NCBI GenBank assembly: GCA_026770705.1
Contig: JANJGN010000026.1
Coordinates: 38,502,001-38,566,000, forward strand
Direction of reading: 5' to 3'
Source of the DNA: Isurus oxyrinchus
Taxonomy: Eukaryota
Length of the DNA stretch: 64,000 nucleotides
Shown piece by piece: positions 37,453 to 50,900 of this stretch (position 1 is its first letter; each line of letters starts with the position of its first letter). The position numbers were made by a program, and so were the translations under genes. Under the pieces are notes generated by a model. It was not told where the DNA came from. It worked only from the letters and a program-made list of their open reading frames with translations, and did no database searches.

Positions 37453-38879
37453 CGTTCTGCTGCCTGGAGCGGAGGGTTTATATGACAGCGAGCTGGAGAC
37501 TGCAGCTCTGGACCGCACTGGGTGAGCGGACCTCAGAGCTGGACTGAAATACTTCAGGGGGATCGAGTTAATTTGCACAGAGCCGTTCCGCTGAGATCAT
37601 TGATGGGCCGCACGGTTCCCGGGTCGCTGTCTAAGTGTTGTGTGAATAAGAGACAGATTTATAAAAGGAGGCTGCAATTTTCTGACTCTTCGTTTGGATT
37701 GTGGTCCGGATGTGAAAGCTCCTCCCACAATATTCTGGTGTTCAGCGGTGGGGGAGGGGAGCTTTTCTTTCTGCCAGTTCTGCTGCCGCCTTCCTTTCGC
37801 TACAGTAATAAACTGGGAGGTAGGTGCATGTGTTTGTATTCGGTGTTTTGTTTGACGATGGAACGTGGGCCCAGGGCACCGAGCGAATTCCCCGGTCCTG
37901 CTACTGTTCCAATATTCCGGAGATTGATTAACATCGCTCTAAACAGGCTGATGGGACCTCAGTTATTCTTCTGATCTGAAGGTCGGCGCCTCAGACCCGG
38001 CATCTTCGCTGCCTCAGCAATTGGGGGCCAGGTTGCAATATGGGGGAGCCCAGTGACATTACCAATATCCTGGCAGATCTGCACACCATGCACATAAACT
38101 AATTAGGAGCTGATTAGCTCAGTTAGCTGGATTGCCAACAGCACGGGTTCCATTCGTGTCCTGGCTGAGGTATGCCTGGAACCTGTCTGCTCCTGCGACT
38201 GGAAGGCAGTGGCAAACCACCACAAACCATGCTACCAAGAAAACAGCTCAAGACGAAGAAGCCACAGAAAATCTGCCAAGGACCTGCCCTCGCGCAACGC
38301 ACAACTGAATAAATAACAAGAACCAATTCTCCCTGACATTTAGTAAAATGCTTCCCGCACCACCTCTGCGGTAGGGTATATGTATAATGGTGTTTAAGTT
38401 AAAGCTTGCTTATTTCCAGGTTGGGAATATTGAAAACTTCCGTTTGCAGGGACACAAAATGAAACGATATTCGGAAGGGCAATCGACATTGGGGGAACCC
38501 TGTGCTTGTCGGTTGCTTTAAAGTTCGCAGTCACTAACTTCTGTTCTGCAATCTCTTACCCAGCAACAGCAACACTCGACTGAAGAAACCCCGTGACAAG
38601 GCGGAGGTCAAAGGCCTCACAAAACTGACAGCGGAGTTCGCATGCTCAACATTGTGGGCAGTCACCGAAAAGTCATTAAAGGAAGAAACGGAAAGTAAGA
38701 ACGGAAGCACGTCACACAAGCATGGCCGCTGATTGGGCCTGCAGTCGATAAATTCACTTTTTGTACACGTCCAGCCAATTGGTGATAAGTTTTTAAATGT
38801 AACTAAAGAATGTTGCGTTGAAAATAATAATGTGTAAAACACGTTTTAAATAAACGTATAAATGTGTCGTACAGTTATA

Positions 38880-39640
38880 AACGTATGCAGTATAAATAGG
38901 GAATTAATCTAAACAGCATTAACAAAGGCATGGCCTGGTGTAATATAAATAGAGACAGGGTCTATTTCAGTAATCACTGAGGCAAAGCCTGGAGTAAAAT
39001 GACTAGAGACAGCGTGGAGCTTAACGTAAACAGGGGTTTCATTTAGAGTGGTCAGATCAACGATAGGAACTATTGAAATCTAACCAGAGTCACGGGAAGT
39101 GCGAAATTAATTCAGATATGTCCCAGAATAATATAAACAAAGACATGGCCTTGTCTAATGTGCACTAAGATATAGACGATTTTAGTATAGTCTGAGTGCT
39201 GACCTGGCGCAATGTCAGCATATACATGGCCTCGTCTAATGTAATTTAAATCATGTACAATGCAGTGTAACATAGAAATAGCCTAGTGCAACATAAACTG
39301 TTACAGAGCCTAGTATATCAATAATTGAGACAGGGCTAACGTAATGCAAGGAAAAATATGTCTACCACCATAAGAAATAAGCTAGGGCCTCATGTCCTGT
39401 AAACAGAGGCACCGGCTATTGTACTATGAAGGTCACTTTGTCCATTGTAAAATGAAAAGAGATGTAGTCTATTACAAATAACTGAAAAGTGACTCATGCA
39501 GCACCAACTGAGATGCAGTACAGTGTAGTTCGATTGAGAGACTGTCTAGTGTGATATACAGATAAGCATAAATAGTGTAGTGAGTAATAGCAAAAATAAG
39601 GTTAATGTAGTATAAATAGAGGCATATCTTATGTAGTAGC
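38880..39640. repeat. Degenerate AT-rich minisatellite (same family as 10200-11090)
   Basis: gtaatataaatagagacagggtct-like units. Confidence 0.5.
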
Positions 39641-39679
39641 AGGTGAGAAATCGTCTGCTAGAACAGTTCAGTGAACATA

Positions 39680-40220
39680 AGAACATGGGACAGAGTAGGT
39701 CATTCAGCCCTACTCTACCATTCAATAAGATCATGGCTGCCTTAGTTTTGTCTCAACTCCACTTTGCCATCTGCCGCCACAGACGCCACCCCCAAACCCC
39801 CTCCCATCACCGCCCCCCCCCTCACCCCCCGCGCAACCCACCCACCCACCCATAACCCTTGCCTCCCTTGTTTATCTACTCTGCCTTGGATAAATTCAAT
39901 GACAAATCCTCCACTGATTTTTAGGGGAAAGAGTTTCACGTCCTAACTACCCTTGAGACAAAAACGACCCTCATCTGCAATTTAAACGGTTGACCTCTTA
40001 TTCCAAAGCGTGTCCCCCGGTCCTAGTCTCTCCCGCAAGTAGAAACAATCTTCTGGTACCAACCCTTTCAAATTCCTCCAGAATCTTAGAAGTTTCAGTA
40101 AGATCATCTCTCATTCTTCTGAGCTCCACTGGGTATAGGCCAAACCTGCCCAACCTTTCTTAATAAGAAAAGCCTCTCATCGCATCAGTGAGTCGAGGGA
40201 ACCTTCTCTGAAGTGTTTCT
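39680..40220 (-). mobile_element. CR1-type LINE 3' fragment
   Basis: aacataagaacat...ggtcattcagccc tail and ctctcattcttct core in reverse orientation. Confidence 0.7.
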
Positions 40221-40761
40221 AACACATTTATATATTAATTATTTATTATGTTCTTATGTAATCAGTTCTTATTTCTTTGAAATCCTATTTTGTGATCGCT
40301 GTGCGTGAGAGTGGTAGAAGAGGTGTTAGGCATTAACAGCGATTTCAAACAGGTCAGCTGTATATCTCTTAAAATATTTAGGGAACATTAAAGCATTTAA
40401 AAAAACGTAAAGGAAAAATACATGGACTAATCTGACGCCAAAAAGCACGAAGTAATGGGGCACGGGGCAGTGATTGGAAGGATGGTCTTTGATTCGAGAT
40501 CAGGTGACGAGTTCGGCATCTGCCATCGTCAGCTCTTCCTAATGAGGCCCAAATGCACGGCTTGTGGGGAGGGGGAACCACAGAATTTTCAGCCAACAGT
40601 TCGCCCAAAGGAACAAATGGGAGTGAGAAATCGTGTATCAATCTGTTTGTTCACTGAGGTGCAGATTGTTACTTAATTGTCTCTTTGGAGACTCACATTT
40701 GGAATAAATGAGGGGCGCTATGGTGCACAGTTTCAGTAATTACTTGAGTTTCTGAGAGAGG

Positions 40762-42627
40762 ATGCACGGCCCAGCAAAAGGCCTCTTCTTCGCTATTTTC
40801 TATCCAATTCTCGCTCTTATTGGTGCCCCTGGTAAGTGATGGATCCCTAATAAATACTTGTGTTGATGTAAATCTCCAGAAGTTTAGTCTTTTCACTTTC
40901 AGGGTCTGAATGTTGGGGTCTGAAAACGAGCTCCAAAGTATATAGGTGCTCTGGATGATATTATACTGTGTTATGCTGCTCTATTTACGTTACATTATGG
41001 GGCGTTACAAAATATTATTCAATAATGCTGCCCATTTAGAGAAATGCCTTTTATTAGAATGCTGAGATATGAATTAAAGTGTTTGGCTTTGCCTGGACAT
41101 TAACCTGTTATATTGTTGAACAATGCATTTTATTCTAATCCAGTCAAATTCAATCCAGCGTTTTCAGTGTTGAGCGGGATCATAGAGTATCTGAATGTAC
41201 TGACCTGCATTCTCTGATCGTATCAATGTATCAGAACATGAATAATTACAGTGCTATCATTATATTAGATAAATTATAATATAAAATACTTTCAATAATA
41301 ATACAAATATACAATGCGATCTCTAGAATAATGTAAAAGTTGCGGTATACTGAGTTCCCAATGGACCGCCCTCATTGTTAATGTGGGTTTAGGAATTAAT
41401 AATGGAAAAGTTTGAAAAAAGGTGAGTGGAGATTCAAGATTTTTAATGTGTTATGGATTTTGTATTCTGCTGAAAAGCCTTGTGAATTTTGGATAGTTAT
41501 ATTTTTAATCATTAGCGGGATGTGGGTGTCCATGACAAGGTCAACATTAATCGCTCATTCAGATAAAAGCAAAACACGGCGAATGGTGGAAATCTGAAAT
41601 TAAAACGGAAAACGCTGGAAAAACTCAGCAGGTATAGCAGCATCTGTGGAGAGAGAAACAGTGTCAACGTTTCCAGTCCGTTTGACCCCTCTTTTTGTCT
41701 CTCACAGCCAACTTGCTGGGGATCGTAATCCTGTCCCGACGGCGGTGCGGACTGTCCTGGTGCATCACCTACTACCTGGTGGCGATAGCAGTGAGCGATT
41801 TCCTGGTCATTATCACCGCCGTCATCCTCAATCGGATCGGCCGGATCTACTTTCAGGACAGTGTCCTGTCCACCACTCCCGCATGCGCACTCAGCGCCGT
41901 GCTGGTCTACTTCGCCCGGGATGGCTCAGTCTGGCTGACGGTCGCTTTCACCATCGACCGTTACGTGGCCATCTGCTGTCAGAGCCTGAAGACCAGATTC
42001 TGCACTGAGAAAACTGCATTGCTGGTTATAGGGCTGGTCAGTGCCCTGAGCTGCGTGAGGAACATCCCTTACTATTTCACCTACCAGCCTTTGTACATCC
42101 AGGATGGGGTGCCCTGGTTCTGTGCGGTTAAGCCTACCTATTACACTTTGCCCGCCTGGCAGGTCTACGATTGGCTGGACCACATCTTAACTCCTTTCCT
42201 CCCATTCCTCCTCATTCTGCTGCTCAATGCCCTGACCGTAAGGCACATCTTAGTGGCCAGCAGAGCCCGCAGGAGGCTCCGGGGCACCGAGGGTCACGGA
42301 GACCAGGAGATGGCTAACCGCAAGCGATCCATTGGCCTGCTTTTCGCCATCTCCCTCAGCTTCGTCCTCCTGTGGGTCACCTTTGTTGGACATTTCCTCT
42401 ACATTCGGATTTCAGGGGAGGGCTATCTGACCAGCCTGGGTTTCAATGACCCACAGTACATCCTCCAGGAGACAGCAAACATGCTCCAGTTAGTCAGTTC
42501 TTGCAACAATGTCTTCATCTATGCAGTGGCCCAGAAAAGATTCCGGGAGGAGCTGAAGAAGATGCTCATGTGTCCCTTCACCACCGTCACTGTTTGTTTT
42601 AAACACGGTAAAACGTTCTGTTGTTAA
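40762..42627 (+). CDS. Intact two-exon class A GPCR, GPR139/GPR142-like shark-expanded family (exons 40762-40831 and 41708-42627; 329 aa)
   Basis: Exon 1 MHGPAKGLFFAIFYPILALIGAP+G|GTAAGT, then a ctcacag acceptor. Exon 2 is open with hydrophobic helices, FTIDRYVAIC (DRY motif) and SCNNVFIY in TM7. 70+920 = 990 nt in frame. Confidence 0.92.
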
Positions 42628-43119
42628 TTCATTTTCATCATAGTGGTACACTCTGTAGCAGCTCTCTCTCTCTCTCTCTCCCTCTCTCTCCTCCGTGCTC
42701 TCTCTCTCTCTCTCTCTCTTTCTCCAGAACCAGAACGTCCTTGGCTGACGCTCTCTTGCTTGAGAGATATTAGCCTCATACTACAGTGCTGACAGTGTCC
42801 CTTTGGCCCTGAATGAACACTGAACTATCGCAGTTGCTGCCTTCCTGTTTGAGACACTAAACCACTGTGAGTATCTGCCCTCTCATGTGGAATGTGAATG
42901 TCCCATGGTCGCAATTTCAAAAAGGAGCAGGAAGAGCTTTCCCCAGGTTTCTACAATAATTGTCCCTCATTTAACACCATTGAAAACAGCGATCTGATTA
43001 TTTCTCCAGTTATATTTGTGAAATCTTGCTCTGTGCGCATTTGCTGACGTGTTTCCCACATTACACTGGGGGAAGACTTGATTGGCAGGAAAACACCTCA
43101 GGAAATCCTGAGGTCGGTT

Positions 43120-43344
43120 NNNNNNNNNNNNNNNNNNNNNNNNNNNNNNNNNNNNNNNNNNNNNNNNNNNNNNNNNNNNNNNNNNNNNNNNNNNNNNNNN
43201 NNNNNNNNNNNNNNNNNNNNNNNNNNNNNNNNNNNNNNNNNNNNNNNNNNNNNNNNNNNNNNNNNNNNNNNNNNNNNNNNNNNNNNNNNNNNNNNNNNNN
43301 NNNNNNNNNNNNNNNNNNNNNNNNNNNNNNNNNNNNNNNNNNNN
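43120..43344. other. Assembly gap (N run)
   Basis: N bases. Confidence 1.
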
Positions 43345-43799
43345 TTCTTGTTTTATTCCTCCCACTTCGCAGACACAAGTTCCACTAACGTTCATCTTAA
43401 CACTTAAAACAAAGTGGGATGGGATGAGAAATGGGATTTTTGAGCATTGAATTGTGATCTGGCTCCTGCTGCATGAAAGGGAGCTGGACGCACATTCAGT
43501 AACAAGTTTCAAAAGTTAATTTAGTAAATTCTAGGGTGACATTTGATTAAGAACGGGTAACTATAACTAACCGGGTTGCTCTTTCAGAGACCGGGCATAC
43601 ACGCCGTGACCATCTGATCTGCTATTTTGCTTTATGGTTGCAAACAGCGATGTTCGTTACCTCAGGCCACACGAATCATCTCTCTCAGTGAATAAAGTGC
43701 TTTTCGAGAAACGCTGAATCACATTTGTGCAGCCGCAGGTCCCTAATTTCATGCTAATCACTGAAAACAAACGATCAGTTCATCGTTGTTTGGGATGAG

Positions 43800-44330
43800 G
43801 GGCTTATCTTATGAAGAAATCTTGAATAATTTCGATCAATAGCCAGTGGAATTTGGAAGAATGAAAGGTGAACTTACTGAAAAATGTAGGAGCCTGAGGG
43901 GGTTGGAGGTGGGGGGTGGGGGGGGAGGTGGTACGGGGGTTGGAGGTGGGAGGGATAATGCGGGTAGGCTGGTGCTGCGTCTTGACAAGGTAGATACCGA
44001 AAGGATGTTTCCACTTGTGGGAGTGACCAGAACTAGGGGACAGAGTTTAGCATTAAGGGACCTTGATGAGGAGATTTGTTCTTCTCTTAGAGGGTTGTTT
44101 GTCTGTGGAATTCTCTTTTCTAGAAAGCAGTGGAGGCTGGTCATTAAACATATTCAAGGGTGAGTTATGTTGTGCCAATACAAGGCAGATTTTTGATAGG
44201 CAAGGGAGTTAGGGGCCAGACGGGAATATGGAATAGAGACCACAAACAGATCAGCCATGAACGTATGGAATGGTGGATCCGGTTCTGTGGGCTGAACAGC
44301 CCACTCCTGCTTAAAGTCCCATTGTCATAT
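43800..44330 (+). mobile_element. CR1-type LINE 3' fragment
   Basis: EFGRMKGEL...LDKVDTERMFPLVG.TRTRG motif. Confidence 0.75.
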
Positions 44331-44804
44331 ATTTTTTTGTTTGGCGAGAGAGTGCTGATGTGTGTGGGTGGTCTGAAACCCAGAATGACATTAACATCGC
44401 CCAGTGTATCATAAACAGCGACATGGGACAGCCTAATCTGATAAGAGCTAAACAATTGTCAATTGTAACACGAACAAAACCATAATGTGCCCTCACCTAA
44501 TCACACAATAAGATCTAATCTCATAAAAGGTGATCTGGTTTAAGCTAATAGACACAAGATCCAATAAGTCAATAACAGAGATAGGAACAAAGCTAATATA
44601 AAAGTGCACATTCCCTACTTCAATGAAAACTGAGGCACGGACTTGCATAACGTAAACAGAGACAAGCTCAATTACAATAATAATTGAAAACGGATCTTGT
44701 GTGACGTAAACAATGGTATTTCTTTGCAATCTATGAAATAATGCAGAGTCTAATGCGATATTACCAGCAACATGCATTTGTAAACATTCAGAATGATGTG
44801 TTTC

Positions 44805-45690
44805 GTGCTTTCTACACACTTCTACTCTACGTACGAATTATGCAAACATGCATAATACAACACATGCGTACATGGTTTACTTTTGCACACACAAACACAC
44901 ACACAGACACACACAGAATTGGGAGGGCACAACGCCAGCGTGAATTAGTAGACTTTCACACACCACATTTGTCTCTAAATATTGCAATGTATGGCGCACA
45001 CGATAAGGGTCTAATCCCGCTTCCTTCTCGGAGATTGTTTAAAGATTCACCCCAACTTCTCCACCACTTATTACATCCTGAGGATCTCAGAAAGCGACAA
45101 GTTCATACTTGTTTTCAAATATAGTCCATATTGTAGGGCAGAAATATTATTTACACAGGGAGAGGAGGGAATGCACAATTATTTGTCAGGAAGTTTTGCC
45201 AATCTGAACCTATCGGGAATAAAGATATTGCAGAATCCAGCTAGTTTCTGGGAAATTTCAATTTGTGGCCAATAACAAAAATTCCATTATGTCACAAAAT
45301 GATCATCATATCTCAACATCTGTTTATGAGTTATTGAGTAACCAATCTGGATGAAGAAATTGCTGGTCCTTTACTTCGGACTACCGGATGCAATTGGACC
45401 ATGAAATGCAATGATTCCCAGAGCTCATTGTCTAACCCTCCTTTGTTATGTGCTTTCTACAGACTTCTACTCTACATACGAATGTTGCAAACATGCATAA
45501 AACAATACATGCGTACATGGATTACTTTTACACACGCACACACACAGAGAATTGGTTGGGCACAACGCCAGCGTGAATTAGTAGACTTTCACGCACCACA
45601 TTTGTCTCTAAATAGTGCAACGTACGGCGCTCACAATAAGGGACTAATCCCGCTTCCTCCTCGGAGATTGTTAAAAGATTCACCCCAACT
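44805..45690 (+). repeat. ~250-bp direct duplication (44805-45057 and 45450-45690)
   Basis: The parallel ORFs 44741 and 45401 share AFY.LLLY.R..QTCI...AQRQRELVDFH...KDSPQL. Confidence 0.9.
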
Positions 45691-46309
45691 GCAAATTATG
45701 TACAAGCTCTTGCCCTGAATGTACCATTGTATGAAGTGAAGTGTCACGGAACAAAGATGTTTCCTGTTATCTCCTTGGCACCAGTAAACAGGTGCTTTGG
45801 CACGCTTTGACCAAAGGTGAAATGTTGGAGCGCCATCCTACGGAAAACAATGACAATGAATTTCGACACGAATATTGCTGCATGAATTTGCTGAACTGTT
45901 ATTACTTGAGACCGTAATGAATATTATAACTTTGATTATACTATTATTATAACTTCTCTATTCTTTTCCATTCACTGCCGTTGCTCTTTTATGTCAATTG
46001 TGAGATTATTTGTCTCAGTTCTCTTATGTGCCCAATTAACTAAGACAATATATGCTCATTTGCATTCTCTTTAATGATTCCACCATTATAAGATTAGGTT
46101 GCAATTTGGTTAAAAAAATCAGCCTGACCAATTCATTAAGCATCAAAGGTGGACACAAAGTTGAATAGGTCCATCAATTACGGGAGATGGGTATTTGTTA
46201 TTTCTGTGTTTGTGTGTGTATGTGTGTGTATGCGTGCGTACGTGCTGTTCACCAGCCAAGCATGTCACTCAGGGTCATCATTAGTTACTCAGCGAGAAAT
46301 TCTCCCTCC

Positions 46310-46540
46310 ACACTACCCTATAAAACACTGACAGGACAGGTGCTCCGCGGTTATGATACAAAATAAATCTCATTCTACGCTGCTCAAACACTCTTATCCA
46401 GAGTCACTACTGCATGGGTTAAATACAGTATAAAATCTACCTCTGCACTGTCCTAAAAATAATTACAGGGTGGATAGAACAGGGATAAGCTGCAGAGTGC
46501 ATCTCCCTCTACACTCTACCATCAAAGACTCCTAGTCCTC
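46310..46540. repeat. Degenerate copies of a ~65-bp shark satellite (ggttagatacagagtaaagctccctctacactgtcccatcaaacact-like)
   Basis: Three to four imperfect units. Confidence 0.5.
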
Positions 46541-46787
46541 TCACCACAAATGAATGTGAAGATATTCTGTTTCGATGAGCGCAGATTATGCGCGAAATTG
46601 TGAAATTAATTAACTTGTAACTTCTAAATCATTAGAAATAATATTTTATTCTATCGAATTACTGAGATGGTGTACTTTACACATCGAAATTACATTTCTA
46701 AAGGCTTGTGTGTCTCTCACATCTGAAGCCCGTGACTTGTTGTCTCCTCAGTCCCCATGCCCAGTAAGTTCTCATATATGCTCCTTG

Positions 46788-47061
46788 TTCATATATGCTC
46801 ATAAATGCTCTTCATTTCACGGTATCTCACTTCACTGTAACATAACGTAAAGTCTGGCAGTTGAATCGTGTTAACAGTGAAAGTGGTGGAGGCTACCTCG
46901 CGGTTCACAGATACTGTAAACCTTCTCCCAATTCATCTCTGTATGTGAAGACAAGATACTCGGGAGCTTGATTGGAGAATTGCCAGTACCAGAGTACGAG
47001 TTCAAGCCCGAAGGTTCTCCGATACATCGATATCTGAAATGTCTCCGGGTGACAAGAGCAG
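46788..47061 (-). pseudogene. Degraded TCR V pseudogene
   Basis: LVLWYWQFSNQAPEYLVFTY.../RRFTVSVNREVASTTFTVNTIQLPDFTLCYSEVR, then TACCGTG-23-ATATGAACA. Confidence 0.65.
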
Positions 47062-47149
47062 CTTCCAAAACAAGAGCAACATTAAATTAATGATATATGC
47101 AAGCAGAAATAAATAAAGTGCTTGCAGATTTCAGCAACATAAGCCATCT

Positions 47150-47270
47150 GTGTATCTATCTATCTATCGATTTATCTATCTATCTATCAATCGATCGATC
47201 GATCCCTCTATCCATCCATCTATCTATCTATCTATCTATCGATCGATCTATCTATTTTTAATCTATCTAA
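47150..47270. repeat. (TATC/GATC)n microsatellite
   Basis: Direct inspection. Confidence 0.9.
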
Positions 47271-47688
47271 CCACGTAAATAATGATCTTTCGATCTATTC
47301 GCCTGCCTTACTATCTGCGCGCCTGCCTGTCTCCCTGTATATCTATCGACTTATCCAACTGTCCGTCTATATATTTATTTCCTTGTTTTTCTAACTTTTT
47401 CCCGCATCTCTATCGATCTAAGTATTTGCGGGCAAGAGTTATTTTTCTGTCTGTCTTTTCATTTTCTAAGTTGAACAACCACACATAGAAATATTTACCT
47501 AATATTTTTCGATAATCTGTAGCTGTAACACCAGCTATAGGATGTTGTAACTTTAACTTTAAACATGGGAACGTGACATTCCTGAATATCACCAGCATTT
47601 CTAAAGGTCCTGGGTTCGGGAAAATTTAAAGGCACAGCAGACACACGACAGTGAACAAGGCATTGGAAAGCAGAATCCGTCTTTGTCT

Positions 47689-47975
47689 CACTGTGTCCCC
47701 ATCGCACAGTAACAAATTCTGACGCCCTGGGCCACAGTTTTAACTATAGACATGGTATTGAACGTCTTCACTCAGTCAAAGGACAGTGTGTGGCGTCCTT
47801 TGGACATATTCCCCTGGTAAATAGAGGCGATAAATTTCGCAGCCCCTGTCGGTGTTTGTCTGTACCAGGCAATGGTACCGCTGTACCAACCGAGAGCCGA
47901 TAATCCAGTTCAATCCGTTCCCTTTCCCGAGATAACTCCTGCTCAGGATAGGAGCTCTGATCCTCACACTGAACA
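47689..47975 (-). pseudogene. V pseudogene (TRAV-like length)
   Basis: VQCEDQ.../IAWYRQTPTGAAKFIASIYQGNMSKGRHTLSFD*VKTFNTMSIVKTVAQGVRICYCAMG, followed by CACAGTG (47689-47695). The nonamer is poor. Confidence 0.7.
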
Positions 47976-50900
47976 CTGTGAACAAAAGAAAAGTCACTCA
48001 CAAACTTAACGTTATTAAGACATTATTAAAAAAATGATGAGTTAAAGAAATTGACACAATATCAACTGCAACGGGGCTGCAACTGAAAACAGGCCTTTGA
48101 GGGAATTTCTGTTCGTGACGATTAGGATGGACAAAAGGCGGATCAATCAGGGTCTGATTTCCAGAGTAAGGCTGGTTGCCGAGCCCAGGATCCTCAATGG
48201 TGGGGAGAGGAGAAGGAGGAGAAGGGAAAGTTTTACATTCACCTCGTACCGCGGGAGACTGATGGGTGACATTTGCACCGATTGCGCTGTTATGGGATGT
48301 CATTATCTGACTGAACTCACGGTGCCACTGAGCGATTGGTAGTTTCTCAAACCAGAGACCACTTGAACTGTCACAGCTCACGAATTTCTCTGCGTCCGGT
48401 GTATCAACGGGTTACACCGTTTCATAAGATTTGTTCTTTGTTGTCCCACCATCCATGTGCTGGATCTCTGAAAGAGTTAGCCATTTACTCTTAATTATCG
48501 GCCTGTGGCCTGCAAGTTTTGCCTTCTTAAATTCCCTTTTACTGGACAAATATTTATCCATTTTCTCTTTAAATAATACTTCAAAATTCTGCCTCCATCA
48601 CTGTTTCTCATGGACAATCATATCTTCTAACAGTGCACTGCTCAAACTACATAAATAATCGACCGTCGATAACCTGAAACGACGGCATCCAGTTACCCAC
48701 TGAGCTAAAAGCCGGATTAGCGCTTTTTCTTTCTAACCTTTTAAAACGTTCCTGGATTGGACATAAGTCTGTCAGACCAGTTCTTAACATTCTCTCTCAT
48801 GGTGAAAAGATCGCCAGTAGCTCAAGTATTTGTATTATCATCCCTCGCCTTGCTTTATCTTTCTCATTCAGTCCTACACTCTGATTTTCAGGTTAACACC
48901 AAGCGAAAGAGGAGATCTGAAACTGGCCCAAGTGTTTGAACTGCGTTCTCAGCAATGATAAGTGCAGCTTTATCCTTGTCTTTTTGTGTTCTACATTCCA
49001 CATCCCTGTTTACAACCTCGGATTATTTAGCTCTTTAAAGCAATCAGCAGCTTGTTCCCCACGTTCAGGATCTGAATCCTGAATTATTTCTCGTCCTCTA
49101 CTGGTTTAGATTAATATTTATTTTTTAGTTCCTTTCGCATTTCATCTACTTTACATTTTGTGGGTTTTTTTTGTATGAAACAGACAGAAATGTTTGGTTG
49201 CACTTTAGACCATTACCTCATTTGATCTTCTGACGTTCACTAATTGTCCTTTCTCTCCTCTATTTGCAGGAAGAAAACCAGAATTGGGCAGACGCGTCAC
49301 CTACTGTTTTTTCGGGTAAATTTAGTTTGTCGAATCTGTCAAACTCGATATCAATTCGTGAAATGTCCTATTTTTTAAATTTACTTTACTGTGGAGGGAT
49401 TAGCTGCTACGTGACGCACTTGGCTGAACATGGTTGGAAATATTGTAGATATTGCATTTTTATCTATTTCATTTGAAGAGAGAGTAAATGATGCAAATGA
49501 TGTTTAACTAACAATAAAAACATACATCTTCGGTATCCTCGGGCGTTGATGGTAATTCTGGTTCTTATTGTCCATCTGCAACTGAACGCTCCAACGTCTG
49601 GACATCCCTACGTGACACTTCAAAAATTTCGCCTGCCTTGTTTGGTGTATCTCGCTGAACACATGCCCCATGTGGGCAGAGAATTCAGTAGGGAAGTGAA
49701 CAATACCAATGGGATGTTTAACATCCAGCCAACAAGGACACAAGTCAGAGGAAGTCCTGAATGAAAAGTAGAAAGGTGTAGTCAGACCTTACTCCATGAA
49801 CACTGTTTTTAGTTACCGCTGCCAAGTACGAATGAGGTTATGGAAGCTTGGATGTAGTGCAGAGGTGATGCAGGAGGCTGATTCTTCAGTTTGAAGAGTT
49901 TGAGTTGAGAGGGAAAACAAAACCAGTTTTTTTCAGCACTGTTACCAACTGATTGTTGGTCGCACTAAGAGTGAAAGCCGGAAGAACAGGCCGTCGCTCT
50001 AAATGACAGAATCCAAATCCAAATTAAAATGGGACAAACGGCTGCCTCGTCCGCCAGTACCTTATGACTTTGGAATTGGGTCTGCGGCAGTGTTAAGGCC
50101 AAAATCACGAATGAGCCTCTAGTGCACTTTACGAATTAAAACAACAGCAACCTCTTTTGTGGTGACCGACTGTGGCTATCTCTCTGAGCGCGCTTATGTG
50201 TAAATGTGTGTTTATCTGCCTGCATCTGTGCGGGTTTCCAGTGTTCTCGGTAAGGCTTGTGCTGTCCAGCGGAGGGCGCTCTCTCATCACTTGATAACGA
50301 TCAGGATCCCCAGCTACAGGAAGTGGCTGTTCAGCGAGATTGAAATAGAAGAAATTCCCACTTATCTGCTTTGATCTTGGCGACGTTTCAGTTTTATTTC
50401 CTCCAGGCGATTAAAGTTTCTGATTCTGGAGCTCAGGCTGGCACCACGGAAGTGAATTTCTGCCTATTTTTGGTTATTACCCTGACCACTGGTCTGTGAT
50501 ATTGGGACTTCTCTACAATATTCCCCCATAATGTTTTAACTTCCCAACTCCACCCCGAGGTGATTACTTCGTCAAACTCGTCGTGTGTCCTCTGTTTATT
50601 ATCAGAGATGGGTAACGAGCATTCAGTGTCTGATCCGAAACCAGAAGTCGCGGCAGAAGAGTACCCGAGAATTTATATAGAAACTACAGGAGAAAATACG
50701 TCCTGATCCTATCGGGATTCTCTAGCTAAAATCGCCATTTTCAGAATAAGGAAAAGTGTAATTTCTCACTCGTTTTTAGTTACGGTCAAGTTCGGATATT
50801 TCAAACCATAGTTTTAGCAGAGACCTGTAGATTTCGGAATGAATAAAAGAATCAGTTTCTGCACGAGTCAGTTTTTGGGTGTGCTGCAAAGACTTCAGGT

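Noticed and set aside
37571-37578. Octamer-like GTGCAAAT upstream of NAR V2
   Set aside because: It is a one-mismatch 8-mer and is not conserved in cassette 1 (GTGAAAAT).
38110-38170. tRNA-like A/B boxes (also ~48680-48715 on -)
   Set aside because: No cloverleaf; more likely SINE heads than tRNA genes.
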